A DNA stretch of 32,000 nt from Prochlorococcus marinus subsp. pastoris str. CCMP1986 (GTDB taxonomy: Bacteria > Cyanobacteriota > Cyanobacteriia > PCC-6307 > Cyanobiaceae). Under the pieces are notes generated by a model. The model did no database searches, was not told the DNA's origin, and saw only the letters and a program-made list of their open reading frames with translations. Location: assembly GCF_000011465.1 (NCBI RefSeq), contig NC_005072.1, positions 1,350,001 through 1,382,000 of the forward strand. The letters run 5' to 3'. The position numbers and the translations under genes are program-made. This document shows positions 1 to 7,445 of this stretch, piece after piece; the first letter of the stretch is position 1, and every line of letters starts with the position of its first letter.

Positions 1-1
1 G

Positions 2-97
2 GAATATGAGCAGTTATTGGAAAAGGATTTAAAAATCTGCATTAAAAAGTGCTTGCCAGTATCACTATTGGCAAACACTCATGACGATGTTTTTTGA
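2..97 (+). CDS. 3' end of a CDS truncated by the window start (...EYEQLLEKDLKICIKKCLPVSLLANTHDDVF*)
   Basis: Open frame from the window edge ending at TGA 95-97; too short to assign a family. Confidence 0.4.
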   Translation, partial: EYEQLLEKDLKICIKKCLPVSLLANTHDDVF

Positions 98-212
98 AAA
101 TCTAAACGAACATTTCTGTTGATGTAGTGATACTTAAAATTACAGAAATAAAGAAAATGTAAGGAACTACCTTAAAAGGAACATATCCTCGGCGTTTAGA
201 AATAAAGTCCAT

Positions 213-368
213 TTAGACGAATCCAGGAATAATTTGACCTGTTGTTAAATAAGCACCAATAGCAGCTATGAAGCCAATCATGGCAAATCTGCCGTTGAGC
301 TTTTCTGCAACAACTTTTTCCTTCTCAACTGTTTTTGTTTCGAGAACTTTAACTTTTTTTGAGTTCAT
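213..368 (-). CDS. High-light-inducible (Hli/HLIP) chlorophyll-binding-like protein, 51 aa; absent from the ORF track
   Basis: Minus-strand translation MNSKKVKVLETKTVEKEKVVAEKLNGRFAMIGFIAAIGAYLTTGQIIPGFV*, with the Hli signature E(K)LNGRFAMIGFIAA and TGQIIPG. Confidence 0.9.
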   Translation of the reverse strand: MNSKKVKVLETKTVEKEKVVAEKLNGRFAMIGFIAAIGAYLTTGQIIPGFV

Positions 369-540
369 AAGAAAAATAGATTGCTACGTAAACAAATATA
401 ACATTAATATTACTTTCTGTAAAGAAATAATGCTATTTATCTTGGATTTTAGATATCTTAACACAATCCTGGCACAGTTATGAGTCAAAATATAAATATC
501 CTTTATGTAGTTACCCTTTTAAAAAATTTCCCTTTCAGAA

Positions 541-580
541 GCGGACTAATCCTTCGTGGAGTTTATGGACCTTAGTCCGC
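541..580. other. Hairpin/inverted repeat
   Basis: gcggactaa ... ttagtccgc: perfect 9-bp arms with additional TCC/GGA pairing inside. Confidence 0.5.
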
Positions 581-756
581 AATATATAAATAGCCTTTTA
601 TTTAATATCATAAGGTAAGGAAAGTTTAAAAATTTTTTAAGATAACGAAACCTCCCTATTTTTGGGCAAGAAAATACCCTTGCGAGGTTAGATAATGGGG
701 ATGAACTGGATTTTTAAAAGGACTCGTTTATATCTTCTTTAATTTTTTTAAAGATC

Positions 757-987
757 TTAGTCGCAATACTTTCCAGAGCTAATAAATTCTGAATTTTGTG
801 AAGTAATTCTTTCTAAGTTTTTGTTTAAATTTTTAGTTTGATTAGAAGCTAAATAAAATCCAATGGTTAAAAAAACAAGTGCTATTGAAGTAACTATTGT
901 GCTTAACTGAAGAACCCCATCTGCCAAAATAGTTGGAGTTTTTGGAGATAAAATAGCTTTTCCCCCCTTCACTTTTGATTTTGCCAT
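757..987 (-). CDS. Small single-TM hypothetical protein
   Basis: 76-aa ORF with a hydrophobic segment VLQLSTIVTSIALVFLTIGFYLA. Confidence 0.6.
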   Translation of the reverse strand: MAKSKVKGGKAILSPKTPTILADGVLQLSTIVTSIALVFLTIGFYLASNQTKNLNKNLERITSQNSEFISSGKYCD

Positions 988-1143
988 AATCTTAATCTTT
1001 ACTTTTACTTAACTAATTGTTAACAATAGGTCGAAAATATTAATTTGTCAGCTAGTCACATTACCTATTTGGATGACTTAAGTATGATAAATACTCCTGG
1101 AACAATTACGAACAATTGGAGATAAGAGAAATAATCGTTTCAA

Positions 1144-1515
1144 TTAAAATTTAAGTTTTGTTTTTACTCTATTTTTATTTTCAGAATTAAATTTAAAAAG
1201 TCCCGAGTCAGTAAATATAGTCAATTCATCGCCATATGATTCCTGGATAGATAAACCTTCATCAGAATCTAAATTTTTAACAAATACATTTCCGACTAGT
1301 TTTAAAGTTCTCGCATCTTTGTCGTAAGTAAGCTTATTTGAGGAGGCTTCAAAATTATTCTTATTACTTTTGATAACTACATTTCCAATAGCTTCAAAAC
1401 TCCCTTTTACGTTTTGTATCTGAGAATCAGAGGTAACTGTATAATTCAGCTTCTCTTTTGCAAATGAAATTTCAGTTAAAAGTAATAGTAGCGGGGCAAA
1501 TAGTAAGCGTTTCAT
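1144..1515 (-). CDS. Secreted LptA/OstA-like protein
   Basis: Signal peptide MKRLLFAPLLLLLTEISFA, then repeats typical of the OstA/LptA fold (FEAIGNVVIKSNKNNFEASSNKLTYDKDARTLKLVGNVFVKN). Confidence 0.55.
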   Translation of the reverse strand: MKRLLFAPLLLLLTEISFAKEKLNYTVTSDSQIQNVKGSFEAIGNVVIKSNKNNFEASSNKLTYDKDARTLKLVGNVFVKNLDSDEGLSIQESYGDELTIFTDSGLFKFNSENKNRVKTKLKF

Positions 1516-1803
1516 TTATGGATCAAGCTTCGTTGTTAGTTGGCAAAAAGTAGCATTATTATTTTTGAGACATTTATTGTATTTTGTCTGTAAAACTTTT
1601 TGTGCTTCTTTCTTTATGCAAAGATCCAAGTAATTTTTTGCAAATTGAGTCATCCCAATTTCGTTATATTCTGCATATTTCAAACCTGGTCTTTTGCATT
1701 GAGAGACTATTTGTTTGTAAGTAGGTTCTTTATGAAAAAGATTTGCTTTAACAGCAGTAGGTAAAGCGACAACAGCTAAAAGTGGGAGTAGTAAGCGTTT
1801 CAT
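1516..1803 (-). CDS. Small secreted hypothetical protein
   Basis: Signal peptide MKRLLLPLLAVVALPTAVKA (repeat family A), then a Cys-containing 75-aa mature part; ATG directly follows the upstream gene's TGA. Confidence 0.65.
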   Translation of the reverse strand: MKRLLLPLLAVVALPTAVKANLFHKEPTYKQIVSQCKRPGLKYAEYNEIGMTQFAKNYLDLCIKKEAQKVLQTKYNKCLKNNNATFCQLTTKLDP

Positions 1804-2031
1804 TCAATCTTCTGCATCTTCAAATTCTCTTAGCAAACGAAAAGTTTTGGAAATAAAAGGAAAGATCCAAACAAACAAACCTACTACTGTTATCAAAGCG
1901 ACAAGAAAACCCAAAATTGCTAAGAATCCACCAGTTGCATCTCCTTCGTAAAAGCGATCAAGTCCAATTGGAGCACCAACTCCTAAAAGGAAGAGTCTTG
2001 TTAAAGTTTGTTTTTCTTTTTTTCTCAACAT
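1804..2031 (-). CDS. TM2-domain-like small membrane protein
   Basis: LFLLGVGAPIGLDRFYEGDATGGFLAILGFLVALITVVGLFVWIF resembles the TM2 domain (G..G.DRFY.G....G..K). Confidence 0.6.
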   Translation of the reverse strand: MLRKKEKQTLTRLFLLGVGAPIGLDRFYEGDATGGFLAILGFLVALITVVGLFVWIFPFISKTFRLLREFEDAED

Positions 2032-2040
2032 AAATAATGT

Positions 2041-2083
2041 AAAAAGAGGGTTTTACCCCTCTAATATAGATTAACTGTCAATC
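2041..2083 (-). terminator. Module B (GATTGACAGTTAATCTATATTAG) plus GAGGG..CCCTC hairpin and U-tract
   Basis: Read on the minus strand a few nt after the stop of 2091..2438; ends about 9 nt before the ATG of 1804..2031. Confidence 0.7.
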
Positions 2084-2090
2084 AATTAAA

Positions 2091-2438
2091 TTATCCCATC
2101 GCTGCGACTTCATCAGCAAGTTGCTTATTTCTTAGAATAACTTCTTCATCATTAAAAACAGGAAGTACATTCCATTCCACTCCAAATTTTGCTCTCCAGA
2201 TACCAAAATGTTCAGCCATTTTGAGATGATTGTCAGCCTTGCAAGTCACAAAAACTTCTCCAGTTTGAGGAGCATGGACTCTACTTATCAATTCAAATCC
2301 ATCAAATTTATCCTTAGGTGCTCCAGAAGCAATATATTTTTCAAAGAGTTTGTAACCTTCTGATTGAGAAAGAGTATCTGGGATAATTCCATGAACGTGA
2401 TAGTAAGCCATAACTAAAATTGGATAGTGTAATTTCAA
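2091..2438 (-). CDS. DUF3303-like protein, paralogous to 5592..5930
   Basis: YKLFEKYI..G...DKFDGFELISRVHAPQTGEVFVTCKADNHLKMAEHFGIWRAKF shares its pattern with the 5592..5930 protein. Confidence 0.55.
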   Translation of the reverse strand: MKLHYPILVMAYYHVHGIIPDTLSQSEGYKLFEKYIASGAPKDKFDGFELISRVHAPQTGEVFVTCKADNHLKMAEHFGIWRAKFGVEWNVLPVFNDEEVILRNKQLADEVAAMG

Positions 2439-2456
2439 TCTAAAAACGATAATTTA

Positions 2457-2534
2457 AAAAGAATTTAATTTATCTTTAAATTTAGATCGACTGTCAATCG
2501 TATTTAATTTAGCTGCAAGTAGTAAGCGTTTCAT
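2457..2534 (-). repeat. Orphan signal-peptide module A fused to module B (mini-ORF MKRLLLAAKLNTIDSRSKFKDKLNSF*)
   Basis: ATGAAACGCTTACTACTTGCAGCTAAATTAAATACGATTGACAGTCGATCTAAA; starts immediately after the TAA of 2535..3047. Confidence 0.7.
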
Positions 2535-3047
2535 TTAAAAATCATAAGTGACTTTATCGCATTTTTTCTTTCGATATATTTTCTGCATTTCTTTTTGTTC
2601 TGATAAATAATCTTCTTTTGCTTGTTTATTAATTGGATCATATTTGGCTTTAAATTCTTCTTTGATAGCTTGAGCATTTTGTCTTCTTTCTTCTGCCATG
2701 AAATCAAAATCACCATCACTATAATTTCCACTTTTTAAGGTAGTTTCAAACAAATAACATTCATTAGATAAAGCAATATCAAATTCTTTTAGTAAGAAAT
2801 ATTCAGTACAAAAGCTTGCTAATTTATAAGGACTATTATAAAAGTCTCTCCAATTTATATCTATTCCATAAACTTCAGCAATTTTTTCATTAGTAAATTC
2901 TTTGCTTTGTTTTACAAATAATATTTTTTGCTGATAATCATCTTTTGATTGATTTATTGCAAATTGAAGGTCTTTGCATAGTCTTACTTTATCGTTTCCA
3001 AAACCAACTATAAGTGGGAAAACAATAAATAAAACTAAGCGTTTCAT
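2535..3047 (-). CDS. Secreted hypothetical protein
   Basis: 170 aa; signal peptide MKRLVLFIVFPLIVGFG; ATG directly follows the TAA of 3048..3278. Confidence 0.65.
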   Translation of the reverse strand: MKRLVLFIVFPLIVGFGNDKVRLCKDLQFAINQSKDDYQQKILFVKQSKEFTNEKIAEVYGIDINWRDFYNSPYKLASFCTEYFLLKEFDIALSNECYLFETTLKSGNYSDGDFDFMAEERRQNAQAIKEEFKAKYDPINKQAKEDYLSEQKEMQKIYRKKKCDKVTYDF

Positions 3048-3278
3048 TTAATCTTTGACTTTTTGGTCTAATAATTCTTTTAATTCCTTTGGGAAGTTTA
3101 AAAAAGAATCTTTTAAATTTTCATTCTTTTCTCCTATATGTAGTATCCACTCTCTAAATTCTTCTGCTATTGCATAACTGTCTTCATATTTTTCTAGGGT
3201 ATCCATAACAGAAATTCTGTTAGTAGCCCAACAAGTCGCAATATCAATCCTTTTTTTTTGTTTAGTATTTACTGCCAA
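3048..3278 (-). CDS. Small hypothetical protein (TTG start)
   Basis: 76-aa ORF in the compact minus-strand array; the TTG start overlaps the end of the preceding ORF. Confidence 0.5.
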   Translation of the reverse strand: MAVNTKQKKRIDIATCWATNRISVMDTLEKYEDSYAIAEEFREWILHIGEKNENLKDSFLNFPKELKELLDQKVKD

Positions 3279-3433
3279 AACTCATCTAATGCATCAAACA
3301 CTCTGTTGAGATAATCGTTTGCTCCTATACATTCCCATTTTCCCTTTTCACCAATCGCACATTTGTAGTGCAGTTCTCTCTTGAGCTGCATTAGTTTATT
3401 TGTCATCGCAACCTTGTCTAGTCTTCCGTTCAT
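3269..3433 (-). CDS. Small hypothetical protein, 54 aa; absent from the ORF track
   Basis: MNGRLDKVAMTNKLMQLKRELHYKCAIGEKGKWECIGANDYLNRVFDALDEFWQ*; ATG overlaps the upstream stop (ATGA). Confidence 0.5.
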   Translation of the reverse strand: MNGRLDKVAMTNKLMQLKRELHYKCAIGEKGKWECIGANDYLNRVFDALDEFWQ

Positions 3434-3663
3434 AGTAAGTCTTCCGCTTCCGTCAATATTTGATTCTTTAAAAAAACAAGCGCGTCTAGTTTTTCTTCTT
3501 TTTCTTCATAATTTTCAAATTTCATTTCTGCAATTTCAACAATTGCTTTATTTATATTTTTAAGCCGTTTCTTAATAACTCTTTTTGGGGTTTTGGTTGA
3601 TTCCATCGGAATTACTTTTTTCTTTATATTCGCTTTCTTTTCTTCAAAATGCGAGCCCCACAC
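3430..3663 (-). CDS. Small Lys/Glu-rich hypothetical protein; true start perhaps at the internal ATG (MESTKTPKRVIKKRLKNINK...)
   Basis: 77-aa ORF overlapping the next small ORF by ATGA. Confidence 0.45.
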   Translation of the reverse strand: MWGSHFEEKKANIKKKVIPMESTKTPKRVIKKRLKNINKAIVEIAEMKFENYEEKEEKLDALVFLKNQILTEAEDLL

Positions 3664-3764
3664 TTTAAATTCTGGTTAAATTTTCTACATAATGTCTTTA
3701 AGAATATAGTTTCTGCTCTTTTAATTTTAATTTAATCAATAGATTTAAGTGGTGAGCTTTTCAT

Positions 3765-3932
3765 TTAAAAGGTAATATTTTCTTCTTCAAGTTTTTTCTT
3801 TAGTTCTAGTGGCATATGAGCAATATCTTTTTTAATTGCATCTAAAGCATCATTATACTTTTCAGGATCAGATAAAAGCGTTTTTATCAAGTTATATTGA
3901 CTTTCTATTTCCTGAGAGGAAAATTTACTCAT
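3765..3932 (-). CDS. Small hypothetical protein, 55 aa; absent from the ORF track
   Basis: MSKFSSQEIESQYNLIKTLLSDPEKYNDALDAIKKDIAHMPLELKKKLEEENITF*; TAA immediately followed by ATGAAA. Confidence 0.5.
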   Translation of the reverse strand: MSKFSSQEIESQYNLIKTLLSDPEKYNDALDAIKKDIAHMPLELKKKLEEENITF

Positions 3933-3960
3933 TTTTAAAAACTTATTACTTTTTTTATTT

Positions 3961-3977
3961 TAGATTGACTGTCAATT
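3961..3977 (-). repeat. Module B copy (AATTGACAGTCAATCTA)
   Basis: Contains the perfect palindrome ATTGACAGTCAAT (odd centre). Confidence 0.55.
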
Positions 3978-4029
3978 TAATCTGTCTTTAAATATCAACT
4001 CCTAAAATGAATTTAATTTTTAAATTAAT

Positions 4030-4287
4030 TTGGTTTACTTTAAGAAAGAGTTTATTAAATCCCTTAAATTAAAAGGCTCTATATTTTTAATTGTGGTAAT
4101 TATTGGATTTATTTACTCAAGTCCAAAATCAAGGGTAATTATTGCAAATTCTTTGACTTCTTCCGCTAAATTTTTAAACGAAACTGTAGAAACAACAAAT
4201 AAGGATATTTGGTTTTCTGAACCTGATTTCATTTTTAGTATTAGGTTAAAATTACGAGAATTATTGAGAGGAACTCAAAGAGGTTGA
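4030..4287 (+). CDS. Hypothetical single-TM protein
   Basis: 85-aa ORF with an N-terminal hydrophobic helix GSIFLIVVIIGFIY. Confidence 0.45.
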   Translation: MVYFKKEFIKSLKLKGSIFLIVVIIGFIYSSPKSRVIIANSLTSSAKFLNETVETTNKDIWFSEPDFIFSIRLKLRELLRGTQRG

Positions 4288-4288
4288 G

Positions 4289-4329
4289 AAGGAGCTAATT
4301 ACCCCTTATTTTAGATCGACTGTCAATCT
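4289..4329 (-). terminator. Module B plus GU-tolerant hairpin
   Basis: Minus strand: AGATTGACAGTCGATCTAAAATAAGGGGTAATTAGCTCCTT, starting about 2 nt after the stop of the PsbY-like ORF 4331..4444. Confidence 0.7.
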
Positions 4330-4330
4330 A

Positions 4331-4444
4331 TTAATAATTAATTAATTTTTTATTTTCATCTGTTTTATTTACTTTTAACCCAATAAACAATACCCATATA
4401 ACTGCAAAAACTATTGGCAAGAAAACGATAGCAAGCCTCATCAT
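4331..4444 (-). CDS. Very small membrane protein, PsbY-like; absent from the ORF track
   Basis: MMRLAIVFLPIVFAVIWVLFIGLKVNKTDENKKLINY*; resembles the PsbY pattern (R..IV..P...A..W..F). Family assignment tentative. Confidence 0.4.
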   Translation of the reverse strand: MMRLAIVFLPIVFAVIWVLFIGLKVNKTDENKKLINY

Positions 4445-4549
4445 TTTTTAATCCTATTATTTGCTAAAAATAATACCGTTTAAATAAATAATTAAAACTA
4501 GGTACTTTACCTATTTCTGGATGACTTCCTATTAGGGAGAGAAGCAAAA

Positions 4550-4610
4550 ACCACCAATCACTTTCCTAAATAGGAACTTTGATGGATAGTAAATTTATAC
4601 CCAAAAAGTT
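4550..4610. repeat. Repeat C, copy 1
   Basis: accaccaatcactttcctaaataggaactttgatggatagtaaatttatacccaaaaagtt; roughly 90% match to 7073..7134. Confidence 0.75.
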
Positions 4611-4678
4611 AAATTTAGTACTGACAAATATTTTAAAAATTAATAATATAAGCCTAAATAATTTTCTAGGAATTCAAA

Positions 4679-5110
4679 TTGATGATTAAAAATTTATTCA
4701 TAGCAATAGCCTTTGCTTTAATGCTCATTAACCCAAGTATTTCTATAGCTGCAGAATCTCCTGTAGATGTACAAGAAATCTTTGTAGGTTCTGAAACTAT
4801 GGATGGTGATTCTCTTAAATATCCAAAAGGAAAAGCAGAAATAAGATTACAAAGAGTCGAGTTAGCTGAGGGAGGGGTAGTCCCACTCCACTCTCATCCA
4901 ATTCCATTATTAGGTAATGTTGAGCAAGGTACGATTGTTGTCAAAAGACAAGGAATGGAAGATCTTACCTATACAGCAGGGGATACTTTTATAGTTGGTC
5001 CAAAGACACCAAAACATACAATGGGTAATGCAAAAACTGATAACGCAGTAGTTTGGTTCGCAGCAATAGGTGCAAAAGATGTTCCAATACTAATTCCCGC
5101 AGAAGGATAA
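4679..5110 (+). CDS. Secreted cupin-domain protein
   Basis: Signal peptide, then VELAEGGVVPLHSHPIPLLGNVEQGTIVVKRQG...YTAGDTFIVGPKTPKHTMGN (cupin motifs). Confidence 0.8.
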   Translation: MMIKNLFIAIAFALMLINPSISIAAESPVDVQEIFVGSETMDGDSLKYPKGKAEIRLQRVELAEGGVVPLHSHPIPLLGNVEQGTIVVKRQGMEDLTYTAGDTFIVGPKTPKHTMGNAKTDNAVVWFAAIGAKDVPILIPAEG

Positions 5111-5135
5111 TTTCAACTTTAAATCAATTATTTTT

Positions 5136-5181
5136 GATTGATAGTCAAACTATAATGAGGAGCAATTAGCTCCTTTTTTTT
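5136..5181 (+). terminator. Module B variant plus perfect hairpin AGGAGC-aatta-GCTCCT and T-tract
   Basis: GATTGATAGTCAAACTATAATGAGGAGCAATTAGCTCCTTTTTTT; the next ATG (5182) abuts the T-tract. Confidence 0.8.
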
Positions 5182-5490
5182 ATGACTGCTCAAAATTTTA
5201 TGAATGTTGTTCGATTTAAATTAAAGTCAGATTGTGTAGATAAGTATTTTGAAGTAATAGATAAAACAAGTTTTGAGGGGATGACTCAAAGATATATCGC
5301 TAAAACTGGAGTTTATGATTACTGTTTTGTTGGGATCTGGAAAAGTGTAGAAGCTATTGCAGCTCAAAGACCAGCTATGATTGCTCACCTTGATGAGGTT
5401 AGAGGATTTATGGAAGAGTTGTCTCCTGAACTTGGAGTTACTGATCCTGTTTCAGGAAATATTGTTTCTAAAGTTGGTTATCATGATTAA
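5182..5490 (+). CDS. Small protein, possibly ABM/ferredoxin-like fold; family uncertain
   Basis: MNVVRFKLKSDCVDKYFEVIDK...YCFVGIWKSVEAIAAQRPAMIAHLDEVRGFM resembles monooxygenase-type ABM domains. Confidence 0.5.
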   Translation: MTAQNFMNVVRFKLKSDCVDKYFEVIDKTSFEGMTQRYIAKTGVYDYCFVGIWKSVEAIAAQRPAMIAHLDEVRGFMEELSPELGVTDPVSGNIVSKVGYHD

Positions 5491-5505
5491 TAGTCGATTT
5501 TAAAA
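5485..5505 (+). repeat. Degenerate module B (GATTAATAGTCGATTTTAAAA) overlapping the stop codon of 5182..5490
   Basis: Match to GATTGACAGTCGATCTAAAA with a few differences. Confidence 0.45.
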
Positions 5506-5591
5506 GTTCCATAGTCCAAGTATTCAATTCAAGATCCTTAACTCAATTTTAAATAACATATCCTAGAAATAATTTTAGATTTATTAATTAA

Positions 5592-5930
5592 ATGAATACT
5601 TATTTTGTAACTGCAACTTTTAAAAATGTTGCTCTCATGGGTGCAGCTTATGACCTGTTTTTAAAGGTTATTGAAGACGGAACTTTGAATGATGAGTTTG
5701 AAGGATTTAAAGTTATGGGAAGATATCATGCCTCTTACTCAAATAATGTATATATTATTGTCCAAGCTTCAACAGGTATAAAAATGACAGAACACTTCGC
5801 TCCTTGGAAGGTCAAGTTTGATATAGATTTTGATATCAAGCCAGTTATGACTGACGATGAAAAAGTTGCTGAGCATAAGCTTGTTGGTTCATTAATGGCA
5901 GCAGAAAAGAAAATGGGATTTTCAGGGTAA
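5592..5930 (+). CDS. DUF3303-like protein, paralog of 2091..2438
   Basis: YDLFLKVIEDGTLNDEFEGFKVMGRYHASYSNNVYIIVQASTGIKMTEHFAPWKVKF. Confidence 0.6.
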   Translation: MNTYFVTATFKNVALMGAAYDLFLKVIEDGTLNDEFEGFKVMGRYHASYSNNVYIIVQASTGIKMTEHFAPWKVKFDIDFDIKPVMTDDEKVAEHKLVGSLMAAEKKMGFSG

Positions 5931-5982
5931 TTATTTTTTAGAGATTTAGATTATGAATATATAATCCTATCTTGAAAGAGAC

Positions 5983-6975
5983 TTGGGAAATAGCATGCAG
6001 AAAAGAATGAAACGCTTACTACTTCCACTACTAGCTGCTCTCGCTATAAATTCTCAACCTGTTCTTACGAATGAAGATAGAGCTAACTTTTCAGAGGCTG
6101 AAATAATTAAAGTAAATAATAAAAATATAGAAGTAATTAAATTTAAAGTGCCTGATAAGAAGTTTCCAGATAGAAATGATGTTTTAGCTCAAATTCATTT
6201 TCCAAAATATTACAAGAATAAAAAATTATCCCTAATTATTCACCAACATGGAAGTAATAGAGATGGTTTAAGGTTCGAGAAATGGGGAGGTAGAACAGAC
6301 GAATGGGGGAGAAGGTTAGTAGAAAAAGCTTTAGAAAGAGGTTATGCGGTAGCTTTGCTTGATTCTTTTTATAAAAGAAAGTTAAAACCTTCAGATAAAG
6401 GAAAGTTTCCAAACGGTATTTTGATTAGTGAAAAACTTAACTCGATACTATCTAAGGATGAAAGATTTGATAAATCAAAAATTTTTTACTCTGGTTTTAG
6501 TTATGGTGCAAGTCAAGTATTGAAGCTTCAAGACAAAAGGGCAAACAGCGATTTATTTAAAGCAGCAGTGGCAGCAGAACCTGGATGTAACAAAGTTTCT
6601 TTTCCATTCAAATCTAATATAAAAACTTTAATAATTAAAGGTGAGGACAGCCATTATAACCCCATCGCATGCGAATATTATTATAATCTTGTTAAAGAAA
6701 CGGGAAATCAAATTGAATATGTATCTATACCGAAAGTAAATCATTTCTTCAGCTTAAACGGATCAATTGGAAAAGGAATAGCAGTTAATGGATGCTCAGA
6801 AAATATAGTAATACAATATCCAGATCGGACATTCAAACTTGCAGATGGAACATCAATCAATAAAGAAGAAGCTCAAAGAAGGTGTTTAACAAAGGAGTCG
6901 GGTGAAGGTACGACAAGAGAGAAATTGGATGAAGCAATAAATATATCGCTTAATTATTTTGATAAGTACAAATAA
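5983..6975 (+). CDS. Secreted alpha/beta-hydrolase (esterase/depolymerase-like); probable start at 6007 or 5995
   Basis: Signal peptide MKRLLLPLLAALAINS encoded by module A; LSLIIHQHGSNRDG, nucleophile-elbow-like IFYSGFSYGASQ, and late VNHFF. Confidence 0.7.
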   Translation: MGNSMQKRMKRLLLPLLAALAINSQPVLTNEDRANFSEAEIIKVNNKNIEVIKFKVPDKKFPDRNDVLAQIHFPKYYKNKKLSLIIHQHGSNRDGLRFEKWGGRTDEWGRRLVEKALERGYAVALLDSFYKRKLKPSDKGKFPNGILISEKLNSILSKDERFDKSKIFYSGFSYGASQVLKLQDKRANSDLFKAAVAAEPGCNKVSFPFKSNIKTLIIKGEDSHYNPIACEYYYNLVKETGNQIEYVSIPKVNHFFSLNGSIGKGIAVNGCSENIVIQYPDRTFKLADGTSINKEEAQRRCLTKESGEGTTREKLDEAINISLNYFDKYK

Positions 6976-7072
6976 AAAGCTTGTTACTTGCCTATCTATT
7001 TTTGTTGTCACCTTTTTGACATGAATTTATTGATCCCATATCAATACAGAAAGGATCTAAATTAACCCCATA

Positions 7073-7134
7073 CCACCCATCACTTTCCTAAATAAGAACT
7101 TTGATGGATAATAAATTTATAACCGAAAAAGTTT
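7073..7134. repeat. Repeat C, copy 2
   Basis: accacccatcactttcctaaataagaactttgatggataataaatttataaccgaaaaagtt. Confidence 0.75.
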
Positions 7135-7202
7135 GGATAACACTTCCTCCAAGCTTCAAAAATCACCAAGGTCCCCTAATATAACTGAAGAAAAGTTTTG
7201 GT

Positions 7203-7250
7203 TAATGAACCTTGAGAGAGACAAGCTTGAGAGGTAGGACGGAAGCGTTT
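7203..7250 (+). pseudogene. Short fragment resembling the 16747..17064 gene
   Basis: gaaccttgagagagacaagcttgagaggtaggacggaagcgtt versus aaccttcagagagacaagcttgagaggtcgatggaagcgtt at about 16855. Confidence 0.5.
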
Positions 7251-7389
7251 GCTTCGGTAAATCAAAATATAAATAAGCTCTAAATTAAATAATATTAATA
7301 GTACTTTAGAGCTAAAAATAGAATCTTTAATTAATAATATTACTATCAATCTAGGAACCTATAAATGCAAATAAGTTCTTAAGCTAATT

Positions 7390-7422
7390 GTTATATAGTA
7401 ATCTAGGTTATATAGTAATCTA
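7390..7422. repeat. Two tandem copies of a 17-bp unit (GTTATATAGTAATCTA)
   Basis: Identical 16-mers at 7390 and 7407. Confidence 0.7.
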
Positions 7423-7445
7423 TATAATATAAATAATTACTTTCT

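Noticed and set aside
268-483. 71-aa plus-strand ORF
   Set aside because: Antisense to the clear Hli gene at 213..368(-); composition is not protein-like.
2531-2731. 66-aa minus-strand ORF (MEIIVMVILISWQKK...)
   Set aside because: Out-of-frame overlap inside 2535..3047; Lys/Ile-rich AT artefact.
3381-3563. 60-aa plus-strand ORF
   Set aside because: Antisense to the small ORFs at 3269..3433 and 3430..3663; low-complexity Ser/Leu/Phe.
7203-7260. Possible glutamine (glnA) riboswitch because of GGACGGAAG
   Set aside because: Only a short motif match; the other conserved segments are not in place, and similarity to the 16747 gene explains the sequence better.
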